The notes beneath the pieces are model-generated. The model saw nothing but the letters and a program-made list of their open reading frames with translations. It was not told where the DNA came from and searched no databases. A stretch of DNA of 64,000 nt from Actinomycetes bacterium (GTDB taxonomy: Bacteria > Actinomycetota > Acidimicrobiia > Acidimicrobiales > Ilumatobacteraceae). The stretch lies in the NCBI GenBank assembly GCA_014190295.1, contig BJGF01000001.1:7518-71517 (forward strand), written 5' to 3'. Each line of letters starts with the position of its first letter. Position 1 is the stretch's first letter. The translations under genes were made by a program, and so were the position numbers. Shown in pieces: positions 19,364-29,899 of this stretch.

Positions 19364-19846
19364 ATGACGATTTACAGTTGCGATGCTACAAAAACCACAA
19401 ACCCAGCGATGCGAGTCGGCATTGTCTGCTCACGGTTCAATGAATTTATTGTGCAAGCACTGTTAGACGGCGCCCAGCGTGGTCTCAAAAAGTGCGGCGT
19501 TGATCCAAAAAATATAAATATCGCGTGGGTGCCGGGCGCATACGAGGTTCCGCTCGCCGCTCGCACGATGGCTATGTCTGGCCGTTACGAAGTGCTCGTC
19601 GCACTCGGAGCGGTAATTCGCGGCGATACTGCCCACTTTGAATATGTTGCCGGACCATGTGCCGACGGAATTGCCCGCGTGCAACAAGACACAGGCTTGC
19701 CAATTGGCTTTGCAGTATTGACCACCGAAAATATCGCTCAAGCCACAGAACGCTCTGGCTCAGGCCCCGGCAACAAAGGCGAAGAAGCCGCGATCGGTGC
19801 CGTCGAGATGTGGCATGTGTTGCAAGCAATTCGCGCGCCAAAATAA
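19364..19846 (+). CDS. ribH: 6,7-dimethyl-8-ribityllumazine synthase
   Basis: 160 aa. Family motifs VPGAYEVP and ALGAVIRGDTAHFEYV. Confidence 0.93.
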   Translation: MTIYSCDATKTTNPAMRVGIVCSRFNEFIVQALLDGAQRGLKKCGVDPKNINIAWVPGAYEVPLAARTMAMSGRYEVLVALGAVIRGDTAHFEYVAGPCADGIARVQQDTGLPIGFAVLTTENIAQATERSGSGPGNKGEEAAIGAVEMWHVLQAIRAPK

Positions 19847-19873
19847 AACAGCACGCACACATCTCGGCTCACT

Positions 19874-19889
19874 GGTGCGCAAACGCACC
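19874..19889 (+). terminator. candidate stem-loop after ribH
   Basis: GGTGCG-CAAA-CGCACC hairpin 28 nt after the ribH stop. There is no U-tract, so function is uncertain. Confidence 0.25.
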
Positions 19890-19905
19890 GTGAAACGAGG
19901 ACCAA

Positions 19906-20430
19906 ATGGGCATCGCCCAATCTGCTCTCGTCGCGGTTTCGAGTATTTTGATCGCCATTTCTTCTCTTGTCACAATTGCGCCACCCGATGTCAATCGCGA
20001 CATCGCGTTCATCGAGGCCATCGTGTTTCAAACCCCCATTCGCGATTTTGATCGCTCGCGTTTCATGTTGCGACGGCAATACAAATGGTTCGATTGGTCA
20101 TCAGACGGTTGCTCGGCACCGATCATCGGCAGCGAAGGTCGGTCGTTCAATTTTGTCGCCGCATGTCGGCGACACGACTTCGGCTATCGCAATCTCAAAC
20201 TTCTCGATCAGCGCTACAACTGCAATGAAGCACCACCAAGTTCGGTGTGCAGTGTTTCTTCTTGGACATACGGTCGTTTCTGGAACTCGACCCAGCGCCA
20301 ACGTATCGACGAGCAGTTCAACCGTGACATGCTCGACTACTGTGCGACGCGACTTCGTTCGTTTCGTATGCGATGCGAGGCTTGGGCGACTACTTTTTTT
20401 CAGACGGTACGCACAATCGGCGGACCATAA
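19906..20430 (+). CDS. prokaryotic secreted phospholipase A2-like protein
   Basis: 174 aa with an N-terminal signal/anchor. The core FDWSSDGCSAP...FVAACRRHDFGYRNLK matches my recollection of the Streptomyces violaceoruber PLA2 family signature (FDWS-DxCS...C-x-RHDFGYRN). Six Cys residues. Confidence 0.72.
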   Translation: MGIAQSALVAVSSILIAISSLVTIAPPDVNRDIAFIEAIVFQTPIRDFDRSRFMLRRQYKWFDWSSDGCSAPIIGSEGRSFNFVAACRRHDFGYRNLKLLDQRYNCNEAPPSSVCSVSSWTYGRFWNSTQRQRIDEQFNRDMLDYCATRLRSFRMRCEAWATTFFQTVRTIGGP

Positions 20431-21102
20431 CTAAACCGTTTTGTGTTTCACAGTCAGCATCATCACTTGAAATAACATTCGAGCAGTCGCTCCCCAAATT
20501 GTCTCGTCATCTAGATAGAAAAAATTCAATTGAAACTCGCGATCTGGAAACACCCAATATTCTTGGCTATAAGTATCGATGCGCGTAAGTTCACGCAACG
20601 GCACAGTAAAAACACGATCAACCTCACTGTTCATCGGTTGCATTTTCGGCTCAACTTCAAATCTCGCAACAACTGGCACGATATGCGAGTTACTTATCAC
20701 AGTCGCCATGCCATTGAGTTCACCAATTATTTTTGCTTCAGTCGAGGCAATTCCAATTTCTTCTTGCATCTCACGCAGTGCTGCATCAATGATCGTTTCG
20801 CCGTCATCTAGTCGCCCACCCGGAAACGATATTTCTCCCCGATGATTAGTCAATTGATGTGAGCGCCGAGTCAAAATAACTTCAACACCCCGCCCACTTT
20901 GAAACAATCCAACCAATACTGCCGACGGTCGAGCCGATGCTTGGGGCAACTGCAACTGCGGGTCTGGGCGAAATGCAACGAGAGCACTAGTCACATCATC
21001 AATCGAATCGAGTGCGCTTGTATCAATACCCTGAAATGGATTGCCTTCAATTACCCGAGAATTATCAGGCCGTGGAATCTTCTGCGCGCCGCCTGAACGC
21101 AT
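20431..21102 (-). CDS. Nudix hydrolase, CoA-pyrophosphatase-like
   Basis: Nudix box GGRLDDGETIIDAALREMQEEIGI. The ORF extends to 21162, but its first 20 codons overlap a better-looking small ORF, so ATG 21102 is preferred. The start remains uncertain. Confidence 0.78.
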   Translation of the reverse strand: MRSGGAQKIPRPDNSRVIEGNPFQGIDTSALDSIDDVTSALVAFRPDPQLQLPQASARPSAVLVGLFQSGRGVEVILTRRSHQLTNHRGEISFPGGRLDDGETIIDAALREMQEEIGIASTEAKIIGELNGMATVISNSHIVPVVARFEVEPKMQPMNSEVDRVFTVPLRELTRIDTYSQEYWVFPDREFQLNFFYLDDETIWGATARMLFQVMMLTVKHKTV

Positions 21103-21106
21103 CGTA

Positions 21107-21277
21107 TTATTTAGAAACTGGCGCCCAACCACTGGCCACAAGATCGCGCAAAATGACATCAAGGCCTGCGGTTTTTAGCGAGGCGATAGTTTTGCCTGGC
21201 TGTTCTTCGCCACGCTCCCATGACTCCCATGCTGCGATAATTTTTTGTAAGTCTGGTGTTGGTGGAACAAAGCTCAT
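21107..21277 (-). CDS. candidate 56-aa small protein (below the ORF-track cut-off)
   Basis: Hand translation gives MSFVPPTPDLQKIIAAWESWERGEEQPGKTIASLKTAGLDVILRDLVASGWAPVSK. ATG is preceded by AGGA about 9 nt upstream. It starts 20 nt after the upstream stop and ends 4 nt before the Nudix ATG. Confidence 0.4.
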   Translation of the reverse strand: MSFVPPTPDLQKIIAAWESWERGEEQPGKTIASLKTAGLDVILRDLVASGWAPVSK

Positions 21278-21296
21278 AGCCACATCCTACGGCGGG

Positions 21297-21578
21297 CTAA
21301 CTGCGACGAAAGTCTTTCTTTGAATAGTTGGTCGTCAACGCAACGATCGCAATCGCAATCGCGATGCCGAACAGAGTCGTGCGTGTTGATTGATCAATAT
21401 CAAGCGTCACCGCGCCCACTACGAGCGCCACAACATAAACCCAATCGATGATCCGATGAATTTTGCGTGGGATAATTTTGTATGCGCTAAATGGCCCATC
21501 TACGACCGCGACGTTTATCAGCAATGCAAAACCAAACGCAGCAGTAACAAATGGATGATCTGACTGCGCGCTCATCAA
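21297..21578 (-). CDS. hypothetical small integral membrane protein
   Basis: 93 aa with three predicted hydrophobic helices. No motif recognised. Confidence 0.5.
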   Translation of the reverse strand: MMSAQSDHPFVTAAFGFALLINVAVVDGPFSAYKIIPRKIHRIIDWVYVVALVVGAVTLDIDQSTRTTLFGIAIAIAIVALTTNYSKKDFRRS

Positions 21579-21650
21579 AATGAGCGCAGCAGCGATCAGA
21601 TATTCAACGATCTGATGTAACCAAAAACCTCTTTGTGAAGAAGCGATGGC

Positions 21651-23288
<1,638 letters not shown>

Positions 23289-23329
23289 TTATGTCCTGTT
23301 TTTTGAGGTTGTTAAAAGTTTTGCTTGAT

Positions 23330-23623
23330 TTATTTTGTAACGATCGCGAGAACATCGCGGCTCGTGAGGATAAGCAGGTCGTCACCTTTGTGAGTGACTT
23401 CGGTGCCGCCGTACTTCGAGTAAAGAACGACATCGCCAACTTTGATATCAAGTGGTGAATGCTTGCCAGTGTCATCGCTCCAGCGACCTGGTCCGACTGC
23501 AACAACGGTGCCTTCCTGAGGCTTCTCTTTTGCAGTGTCTGGGATTACGAGGCCCGACGCAGTTGTCTTTTCGGCTTCGTTTGGCTTGACCACAATGCGG
23601 TCATCAAGTGGCTTTAGGTTCAT
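23330..23623 (-). CDS. groES: co-chaperonin GroES
   Basis: 97 aa with [14 protein letters not shown]...[15 protein letters not shown]. Directly upstream of groEL. Confidence 0.97.
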   Translation of the reverse strand: MNLKPLDDRIVVKPNEAEKTTASGLVIPDTAKEKPQEGTVVAVGPGRWSDDTGKHSPLDIKVGDVVLYSKYGGTEVTHKGDDLLILTSRDVLAIVTK

Positions 23624-23668
23624 GTGAGTTTCCCTGCTGTTTCGTTGGTCTGTGACGTGGATTTTCGG

Positions 23669-23695
23669 TTAGCACTCGAACAGTGCGAGTGCCAA
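23669..23695 (-). promoter_or_regulatory. CIRCE operator (HrcA-binding inverted repeat)
   Basis: TTAGCACTC-N9-GAGTGCCAA matches the consensus TTAGCACTC-N9-GAGTGCTAA with one mismatch. It lies about 45 nt upstream of the groES start. Confidence 0.87.
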
Positions 23696-23723
23696 TGCTA
23701 TTGACAAAGGGCTATTTTTCCAA
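23695..23723 (-). promoter_or_regulatory. candidate groES promoter
   Basis: On the minus strand, TTGGAA, a 17-nt spacer, then TAGCAT, abutting the CIRCE element. Confidence 0.4.
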
Positions 23724-23745
23724 CCAGTAACGCACTCAGGCTTAA

Positions 23746-24339
23746 TTAAAGACGTTCCAGATCTATCCCCAGATCTATCCCAAGATCGCCTAACAACCTG
23801 CTTAAAAGCACCACCGAAAGACCAATCACAGTCTCAATTTCTCCGCTCAAATCTTCAACTAAAGCAGCCCCATGCCCTTGCACGGCATATCCACCTGCCT
23901 TGCCCAACGACTCGCCCGTGGCGAGATACCACTCGAGCAATTCACTCGTAACTTCGCGCATCGTCACTGTTGCGCTATCTACCGCGTCAGAACTTCTGCC
24001 ATCGCATCGCACGCTAATTGCAGTCAAGACACTGTGAGTCTTGCCCGATAATTTTTGGATCATCAACCGGGCCTCGTTTAAATCTCGCGGTTGACCAAAG
24101 ATTTCGTTATCTAATGCAACTGTCGTGTCTGCAGCAATCACGATGCTTTGCCGATCATGGCGCTTGGCGACTAGGTCAGCCTTGGTGGCGGCAATTCGCT
24201 GCACATAATTAATTGGTGATTCGTTTTTTAACGGCGACTCATCAATATCTGGTGGATCAATTACGAAGCTGAGATTCAGACTTTCTAAAATATCTTTCCG
24301 ACGCGGTGACCGCGATGCCAAAACTATTTTGTGTGTCAC
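23746..24339 (-). CDS. maf: Maf-like nucleoside triphosphate pyrophosphatase
   Basis: 197 aa. Family pattern ILASRSPRRKDIL...ADTTV...GKAGGYAVQG. Confidence 0.85.
   Translation of the reverse strand: MTHKIVLASRSPRRKDILESLNLSFVIDPPDIDESPLKNESPINYVQRIAATKADLVAKRHDRQSIVIAADTTVALDNEIFGQPRDLNEARLMIQKLSGKTHSVLTAISVRCDGRSSDAVDSATVTMREVTSELLEWYLATGESLGKAGGYAVQGHGAALVEDLSGEIETVIGLSVVLLSRLLGDLGIDLGIDLERL
23757..23790 (-). repeat. in-frame 12-nt tandem repeat at the 3' end of maf
   Basis: CCAGATCTATCC appears twice, followed by a degenerate CAAGATCGCC. It encodes GDLGIDLGIDL. Confidence 0.8.
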
Positions 24340-24391
24340 GAAAAGCCAGCCGCAAATAAACTATTCAGAGTAACTAGTAGGCACGTACTAG

Positions 24392-25540
24392 TCAGCCGCC
24401 GCTCATGTGAGTCAGAGTTGCGTCATCAGGCGCGACAAGATCATCCAAGTTTTCCAAAAACCCTTGTGGCAAGACAATGTTCACTGGGCCATTGCTATGA
24501 CCTCGCACAAAACGCTCGCCACCTTCGACAATATCTGCGTTCTCATCACACAACGCGCTGAGTTCTCGCAACTCGGCGATACTCGAAGCCTCGCTGAACC
24601 GCTTTCGCAATTCACCACCAACTGGATATCCGGTCAGATACCAACCAGCGTGCTTGCGAAACTCTCGAATACCGCGACCCGGCGGAAAGTGAGCTTCAAG
24701 TGCAACTGCGTGACGCAACATCACATCAAGCACCCACCCAAGTTTCGGCGTCGCTGGTATCGGTTCGCCATTGAACATCGCCACCATGTCACGAAACAAC
24801 CATGGCTTGCCGAGACAGCCACGACCAATTACGACACCGTCACATCCAGTGATACGCATCATCTCTTGTGCGTCGTTGGCTTCCCAAATATCGCCGTTGC
24901 CTAGTACGGGAATATCAGTCACGGCATTTTTCAATTCTGTAATCGCTTCCCATCTGGCAAACGGTGCGTAATGTTGCTGTGCCGTTCGTGCGTGCAACGC
25001 AATCGCCGCCACACCGGCATCTTGACAGATCAAGCCAGTATGAATAAACGTCATCAAATCGTCGTTGAGACCCATACGAAATTTGCAAGTGACTGGTATT
25101 CCAAATGCATTAGCCGTCTTGACAGCCGTCGTGACAATTTCACGCAGTAAATTTTTCTTTAGCGGCACTGCCGCTCCACCGCCACGACGAGTCACTTTTG
25201 GTGCAGGGCAACCAAAATTTAAATCAATGTGGTCAACCGCGTTGCGTCGACCAAGTTGCGTGATCGCGTTTGCCATGATCGTCGGGTCGCTGCCATAAAG
25301 TTGCAAACTTCGAAACGACTCGTCTGGGCCGAACGCAATCATCGCCTCGGTCTTTGGGTTTTTATAAACCAACGCCGCAGCCATGATCATTTCGTTGACG
25401 TATACGAGACCCGGTCCAAATTCGCGACACAGTGTGCGAAATGGCTGATTGGTGACCCCGGCCATCGGTGCGAGCACAACTGGCGGCCAAATAGTTTGGT
25501 CGCCGAGTTGAAGCGGTTTGGCAGTTACGAGTTGCTTCAT
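24392..25540 (-). CDS. dus: tRNA-dihydrouridine synthase
   Basis: 382 aa TIM-barrel flavoenzyme. Motifs LAPMAGVTN, DLNFGCP and catalytic-Cys context, HARTA, and IPVLGNGDI. Confidence 0.85.
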   Translation of the reverse strand: MKQLVTAKPLQLGDQTIWPPVVLAPMAGVTNQPFRTLCREFGPGLVYVNEMIMAAALVYKNPKTEAMIAFGPDESFRSLQLYGSDPTIMANAITQLGRRNAVDHIDLNFGCPAPKVTRRGGGAAVPLKKNLLREIVTTAVKTANAFGIPVTCKFRMGLNDDLMTFIHTGLICQDAGVAAIALHARTAQQHYAPFARWEAITELKNAVTDIPVLGNGDIWEANDAQEMMRITGCDGVVIGRGCLGKPWLFRDMVAMFNGEPIPATPKLGWVLDVMLRHAVALEAHFPPGRGIREFRKHAGWYLTGYPVGGELRKRFSEASSIAELRELSALCDENADIVEGGERFVRGHSNGPVNIVLPQGFLENLDDLVAPDDATLTHMSGG

Positions 25541-26565
25541 ACTTGCGCCACTGTTAATCCAAGATTCGGATATGCCCCTGCATCAAGATTTGTAGCCCCG
25601 GTCAGACGCAAACGGTGCCAACCAGCAGACGCAATCATCGCGGCATTGTCAGTACACATTGCCAATGACGGTAACACCAGATGAAAATCTTTGCGCACGC
25701 ACGCTACAGAAATTTCGTCACGCAACTGCGAATTTGCTGCAACTCCACCACCAATTGCAACTGTTCGAGCGCCAAGATTCTCGGCGGCACGCAAAGTCTT
25801 GGCAACCAAGACATCTACAACTGCGCTTTGAAACGATGCCGCGACATCTGCAGTTGGTGTCGTCGGAAATTTGCGGACATAATTTATTACTGCTGTTTTT
25901 AAACCGCTGAAAGAAACATCTAAACCGTCATTAAGCATTGCGCGAGGAAAATTAATCGCTTCAGCGTTGCCGAGTTTCGCCTGCGCGTCAATTGCCGGGC
26001 CACCCGGATAACCGAGATCGAGAAATCTTGCGACTTTGTCAAACGCCTCGCCGGCAGCATCATCACGAGTTTGACCAACTATTTGGTAACTGCCATGTTC
26101 ACGAACTTCAACCAACAAAGTGTTACCGCCAGAAACAAGCAAGACGAGTAACGGAAACTCAACATTTGGGTCATCCAACATTGCGGCATAGAGATGGGCT
26201 TCAAGATGATTCACACCAACAAACGGCACATCTAAAACAAGCGCCAGCGATTTGGCGGCGGACACGCCAACCAAGAGTGCGCCGATCAAACCAGGTCCGA
26301 CTGTTGCGGCGACTGCATCGACACGATCAAAACTCAGACCAGATTTCTGTATTGCTTGACTAATCACAGGCGTGAGTGCCTCAAGATGTGCACGACTTGC
26401 AATCTCTGGCACCACGCCACCAAACCGAGCGTGAATCTCTAATTGCGATGCCACAACCGAAGACAAAACATCATTGCCACCCATCACTATTGCAGCAGCC
26501 GTTTCGTCACAACTTGTTTCAATACCCAAAACCACCGTTGAACTATTCACATCGATCAAACTCAC
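25537..26565 (-). CDS. tsaD: tRNA N6-adenosine threonylcarbamoyltransferase
   Basis: 342 aa with GIETSCDETA, the metal-site motif VNHLEAH, and GGGVAAN. Confidence 0.95.
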   Translation of the reverse strand: MSLIDVNSSTVVLGIETSCDETAAAIVMGGNDVLSSVVASQLEIHARFGGVVPEIASRAHLEALTPVISQAIQKSGLSFDRVDAVAATVGPGLIGALLVGVSAAKSLALVLDVPFVGVNHLEAHLYAAMLDDPNVEFPLLVLLVSGGNTLLVEVREHGSYQIVGQTRDDAAGEAFDKVARFLDLGYPGGPAIDAQAKLGNAEAINFPRAMLNDGLDVSFSGLKTAVINYVRKFPTTPTADVAASFQSAVVDVLVAKTLRAAENLGARTVAIGGGVAANSQLRDEISVACVRKDFHLVLPSLAMCTDNAAMIASAGWHRLRLTGATNLDAGAYPNLGLTVAQV

Positions 26566-27131
26566 ATCCGACTCAGTTCAATTTTGCGTAATCGCGCCAC
26601 GAACTCATCTTCTTGCACTCCCGCGCACCACATCACGATCGCATCATCGCGATTCTCATAATATTTTTTACGCACGCCGGCGGGCACGAAACCAAATCGC
26701 TGATACAAATGTTGCGCCGAGACATTTGTGTGTCTAACTTCAAGAGTCATTGCTGCACACCCACGACGATGTGCTTCCCATGAAAGATCAAGCAATAACT
26801 CGGTGGCGATTCCGCGACCACGCCATATCGGATGAACAGCAACATTGGTTATATGGGCATCTTGCTCGACATAAAGTATTCCGCCATAGCCAACTAGTTC
26901 ATCGTCGATTGTGCCGACTAAATAATGGCGCTTTCCGGCACGAACTTGCTCGAGTTCTTCGATAAAAACTTGCGCCGTCCACGGCCGCGGATAAACCTGT
27001 TGTTCGATCGGCATGATGTTGCGAATGTGCGCTCGACGCATCGGCACGATTGTTAGTGCTGGTGGTTGGTCGCCAACACTTTGATCACTAGGCGCGCTTT
27101 TTGTGCGAATGAATCGATCCAAAATACTCAT
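26562..27131 (-). CDS. rimI: ribosomal-protein-alanine N-acetyltransferase (GNAT)
   Basis: GNAT acetyl-CoA motif VHPIWRGRGIATELL. It sits between tsaB and tsaD, as in the conserved cluster. Confidence 0.82.
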   Translation of the reverse strand: MSILDRFIRTKSAPSDQSVGDQPPALTIVPMRRAHIRNIMPIEQQVYPRPWTAQVFIEELEQVRAGKRHYLVGTIDDELVGYGGILYVEQDAHITNVAVHPIWRGRGIATELLLDLSWEAHRRGCAAMTLEVRHTNVSAQHLYQRFGFVPAGVRKKYYENRDDAIVMWCAGVQEDEFVARLRKIELSRM

Positions 27132-27856
27132 AGGGTCGCCTGTGTTTGTTGGTTACGTGATTGCCAATTAATTTCGGCATCGGGTGCACGCAAATAAACT
27201 GCTTGCAGTTCGGTGGCTGTCTGCCACTGCTCGTGTAACGCAAGTTCAGCGGTGATAATCGCCAACACTGTTGCGCTTGGTTGAGATAATTGCTCACTCG
27301 CCCACTCAATTGATAGCCCGGTTGCTTCGAGAGATTCACTCATTGAAGTTCGATAACGCTGCGCGCCGTTGCCCACAATCAGAGTTGATTGACCGCGATC
27401 TACCAAATCAACAATGCAGTCACTTACTGAACCAACTGTTGCCGGTTTGACCTCGATACTCGGACCAACATCGTTTCGATACATCGCCCAATAAAGTTCA
27501 CCCCTTCGGGCGTCAATTGTCGCCAACACAACCCGATCAGTTGTGGCAACAGATCGCGCCAAAATATCCAAACTTGAAACACCAATTATCGGAACTTCTA
27601 AAGCCTGCGAAATGGTCTTGGCAGTAGCGATACCCACGCGCATTCCGGTAAATAATCCCGGGCCGACGTCAACACCGACGACATCTATTTCGTGCATCGA
27701 AATATCTGCTTGCTCACATATATTTTTTATCATCGGCACGAGCAACTCAGCATGACGACGATCACTCGTGACATGAGCGCTGGCCAACAATTGTTTTGAA
27801 TTGCTGACCGCCACGCTTACGGCGTCAGTCGAGGTATCAATCGCTAAAACAATCAT
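27128..27856 (-). CDS. tsaB: tRNA threonylcarbamoyladenosine biosynthesis protein TsaB
   Basis: 242 aa with N-terminal VLAIDTST and GPGLFTGMRVG. Confidence 0.85.
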   Translation of the reverse strand: MIVLAIDTSTDAVSVAVSNSKQLLASAHVTSDRRHAELLVPMIKNICEQADISMHEIDVVGVDVGPGLFTGMRVGIATAKTISQALEVPIIGVSSLDILARSVATTDRVVLATIDARRGELYWAMYRNDVGPSIEVKPATVGSVSDCIVDLVDRGQSTLIVGNGAQRYRTSMSESLEATGLSIEWASEQLSQPSATVLAIITAELALHEQWQTATELQAVYLRAPDAEINWQSRNQQTQATL

Positions 27857-27861
27857 CAGGT

Positions 27862-28362
27862 TTAGCCTCGCACCGATTTAGTGAATTTTGCGTCGAGGTC
27901 GTCGCACACCTTTGGCCATCTACTCGACCACTGCTGACCGCGCAGATCAATTTCTACGGTTCTCACTTCGGTCTCGTCAACATCGGTTGAATGTGCGAAA
28001 CGAATTATCAGTGCATCACCCAAATCGTTTCCGACGATGTCACCCCATTCGACGATGATCACTCCACCGCTATCTTGTAATTCATCTAAACCAAGATCAG
28101 CGAGCTCTCCTGTGCGTTCAAGGCGATATAAATCGGCATGATGCAACGCCATTCGACCTTGACCATAGTTGTGCAATAAATTGAAAGTTGGTGAAGTTAT
28201 CGGGTCTGTCACACCAATCGCACGGCCAAAACTCTGTGTAAATGTTGTTTTGCCGGTACCCATTTCGCCAGCAAGCACGATCATGTCGCGTGGACGCGAG
28301 TGTGACGCAATCACTTGAGCAAGTCGTGCAGTGTCTTCTAATGATGCGAGAAAGAATTTCAC
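27862..28362 (-). CDS. tsaE: tRNA threonylcarbamoyladenosine biosynthesis ATPase TsaE
   Basis: 166 aa with P-loop GEMGTGKTTF, and SPTFNL...HHADLYRL. Confidence 0.9.
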   Translation of the reverse strand: MKFFLASLEDTARLAQVIASHSRPRDMIVLAGEMGTGKTTFTQSFGRAIGVTDPITSPTFNLLHNYGQGRMALHHADLYRLERTGELADLGLDELQDSGGVIIVEWGDIVGNDLGDALIIRFAHSTDVDETEVRTVEIDLRGQQWSSRWPKVCDDLDAKFTKSVRG

Positions 28363-28367
28363 TTTGT

Positions 28368-29504
28368 TTATTTTCTTGAGTTGATGTAGCGGCGTGGCAC
28401 TCGAGAATTGATCCCACAGACGATTTCGTATCCGATTGTGTCGAGTTTTGTCGCGAGCTCATTGGCTGTGATCGATTCGTTGCCCTGTGTGCCAAGCAAA
28501 ACAGCCGCGTCACCAATTTTGACTTGCGAGTCGCCGCAATTAACCATCAGTTGATCCATCGTCACTACGCCAATAATCGGACAACGCCGACCGTTGAGCA
28601 AAACCTCGCCGCCTACCGACCACAACCGTCGCGGCACACCGTCGGCATAGCCAAGTGGCAGGGTGGCAATCGTTGCAGCCTGATCAAGTTTGTGGCGCAA
28701 GCCATACGAGACGCCTTCACCAGCCGCAAGACGCTGCACATGCGAGACGCGAGCGTGCAGTGACATCACCGGCTTAATTTTTGTTGAGAGTGAATCAAGT
28801 TCGTTGCTTGGGGCGATGCCATAAATTGCAATACCAACGCGCGCGATTTCGGTCATGGTGTCTAGACCACGCAGTGCCCCCGACGAATTAGCAGTGTGCA
28901 CAAATTTCGGTCGCAAAGAGTTTTCGTCGAGTGATTTTACTACTTCTCTGAATTTTTTTATTTGAATATCTGTTTGAGCATGCTCCGGCAAATCAGCGGC
29001 GGCAAAATGTGTGTATACCCCTTCGAGTTTTAGTGAAGGCATGTTGCTGATTTGCTGTGCACGCGCCAACGCATTTTCGACAGGCACGCCAACACGATGC
29101 ATACCAGTATCAACCTTTAAATGAACCCGGCCAACGACATTAAGGCGAGCAGCAGTTGCACCATAACTCGAAATAGTTGCTTCGTTATACAAAGTTGCCG
29201 CAACATCGTCGCGTAACATCTGCTCGTGTTGTGATGCTGGTTGCTCACTTACAACCAAAATCGGGCAATCAATTTTTGCTGCGCGCAATTCATGGGCTTC
29301 GTCAGCAAGCGCGACGCATAATCCACGAGCGCCTGATGCCAAGGCGGTTTGCGCGACTTCAACTGCGCCGTGCCCATATCCATTTGCTTTAACCGTCGCC
29401 CAAAGTTCTGCCTGTCCCGCCTGCTTGACGAGTACTGCAACGTTGTTGCGTAATACGGCTAAATCAATTTCAGCCCAAGCCCAACGATCGCTGGTGTTCG
29501 TCAC
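28368..29504 (-). CDS. alr: alanine racemase
   Basis: 378 aa with the PLP-lysine motif ATVKANGYGHG and C-terminal beta-domain motifs. Confidence 0.9.
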   Translation of the reverse strand: MTNTSDRWAWAEIDLAVLRNNVAVLVKQAGQAELWATVKANGYGHGAVEVAQTALASGARGLCVALADEAHELRAAKIDCPILVVSEQPASQHEQMLRDDVAATLYNEATISSYGATAARLNVVGRVHLKVDTGMHRVGVPVENALARAQQISNMPSLKLEGVYTHFAAADLPEHAQTDIQIKKFREVVKSLDENSLRPKFVHTANSSGALRGLDTMTEIARVGIAIYGIAPSNELDSLSTKIKPVMSLHARVSHVQRLAAGEGVSYGLRHKLDQAATIATLPLGYADGVPRRLWSVGGEVLLNGRRCPIIGVVTMDQLMVNCGDSQVKIGDAAVLLGTQGNESITANELATKLDTIGYEIVCGINSRVPRRYINSRK

Positions 29505-29519
29505 AACGACTCAGTGTGC

Positions 29520-29885
29520 TCAGTGACTCGCGACAACGGCCACGGCCATGTCGTGAGTATGCGAAAGTGAAACATGCCAAGAAATCACACCTTGTTGTCG
29601 CGCGAGTTCGGCAGCACGACCGGTGACTACTAGTTCAGGTGCGCCAGTTGCCCGACTACGAATTGAAACATCTTGCAAGTCAAATGCACCAAGCCCGACA
29701 CCGAGTGCTTTCATCGTTGCTTCGCGAACCGCAAATCGTGCAGCCAAACTTGGCGCCGAATCTTGACGACCTGCAAGTGAATCAAGTTCTTCTGATGTAA
29801 AAACTCGAGTGCGCAAAGTTGGTGTGCGCTCTAATGCATCACGAAAACGCGAGATACTTACTGCGTCTATACCTATGCCGATCAT
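29520..29885 (-). CDS. acpS: holo-[acyl-carrier-protein] synthase
   Basis: 121 aa with MIGIGIDAVSISR, and FAVREATMKA...SLSH. Confidence 0.9.
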   Translation of the reverse strand: MIGIGIDAVSISRFRDALERTPTLRTRVFTSEELDSLAGRQDSAPSLAARFAVREATMKALGVGLGAFDLQDVSIRSRATGAPELVVTGRAAELARQQGVISWHVSLSHTHDMAVAVVASH

Positions 29886-29899
29886 TTGATTACAACTTT

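Noticed and set aside
19967-20434. A 155-aa alternative frame overlapping the PLA2-like ORF.
   Set aside because: The PLA2 frame carries a specific catalytic signature. The alternative frame is Ser/Arg-rich with no motif.
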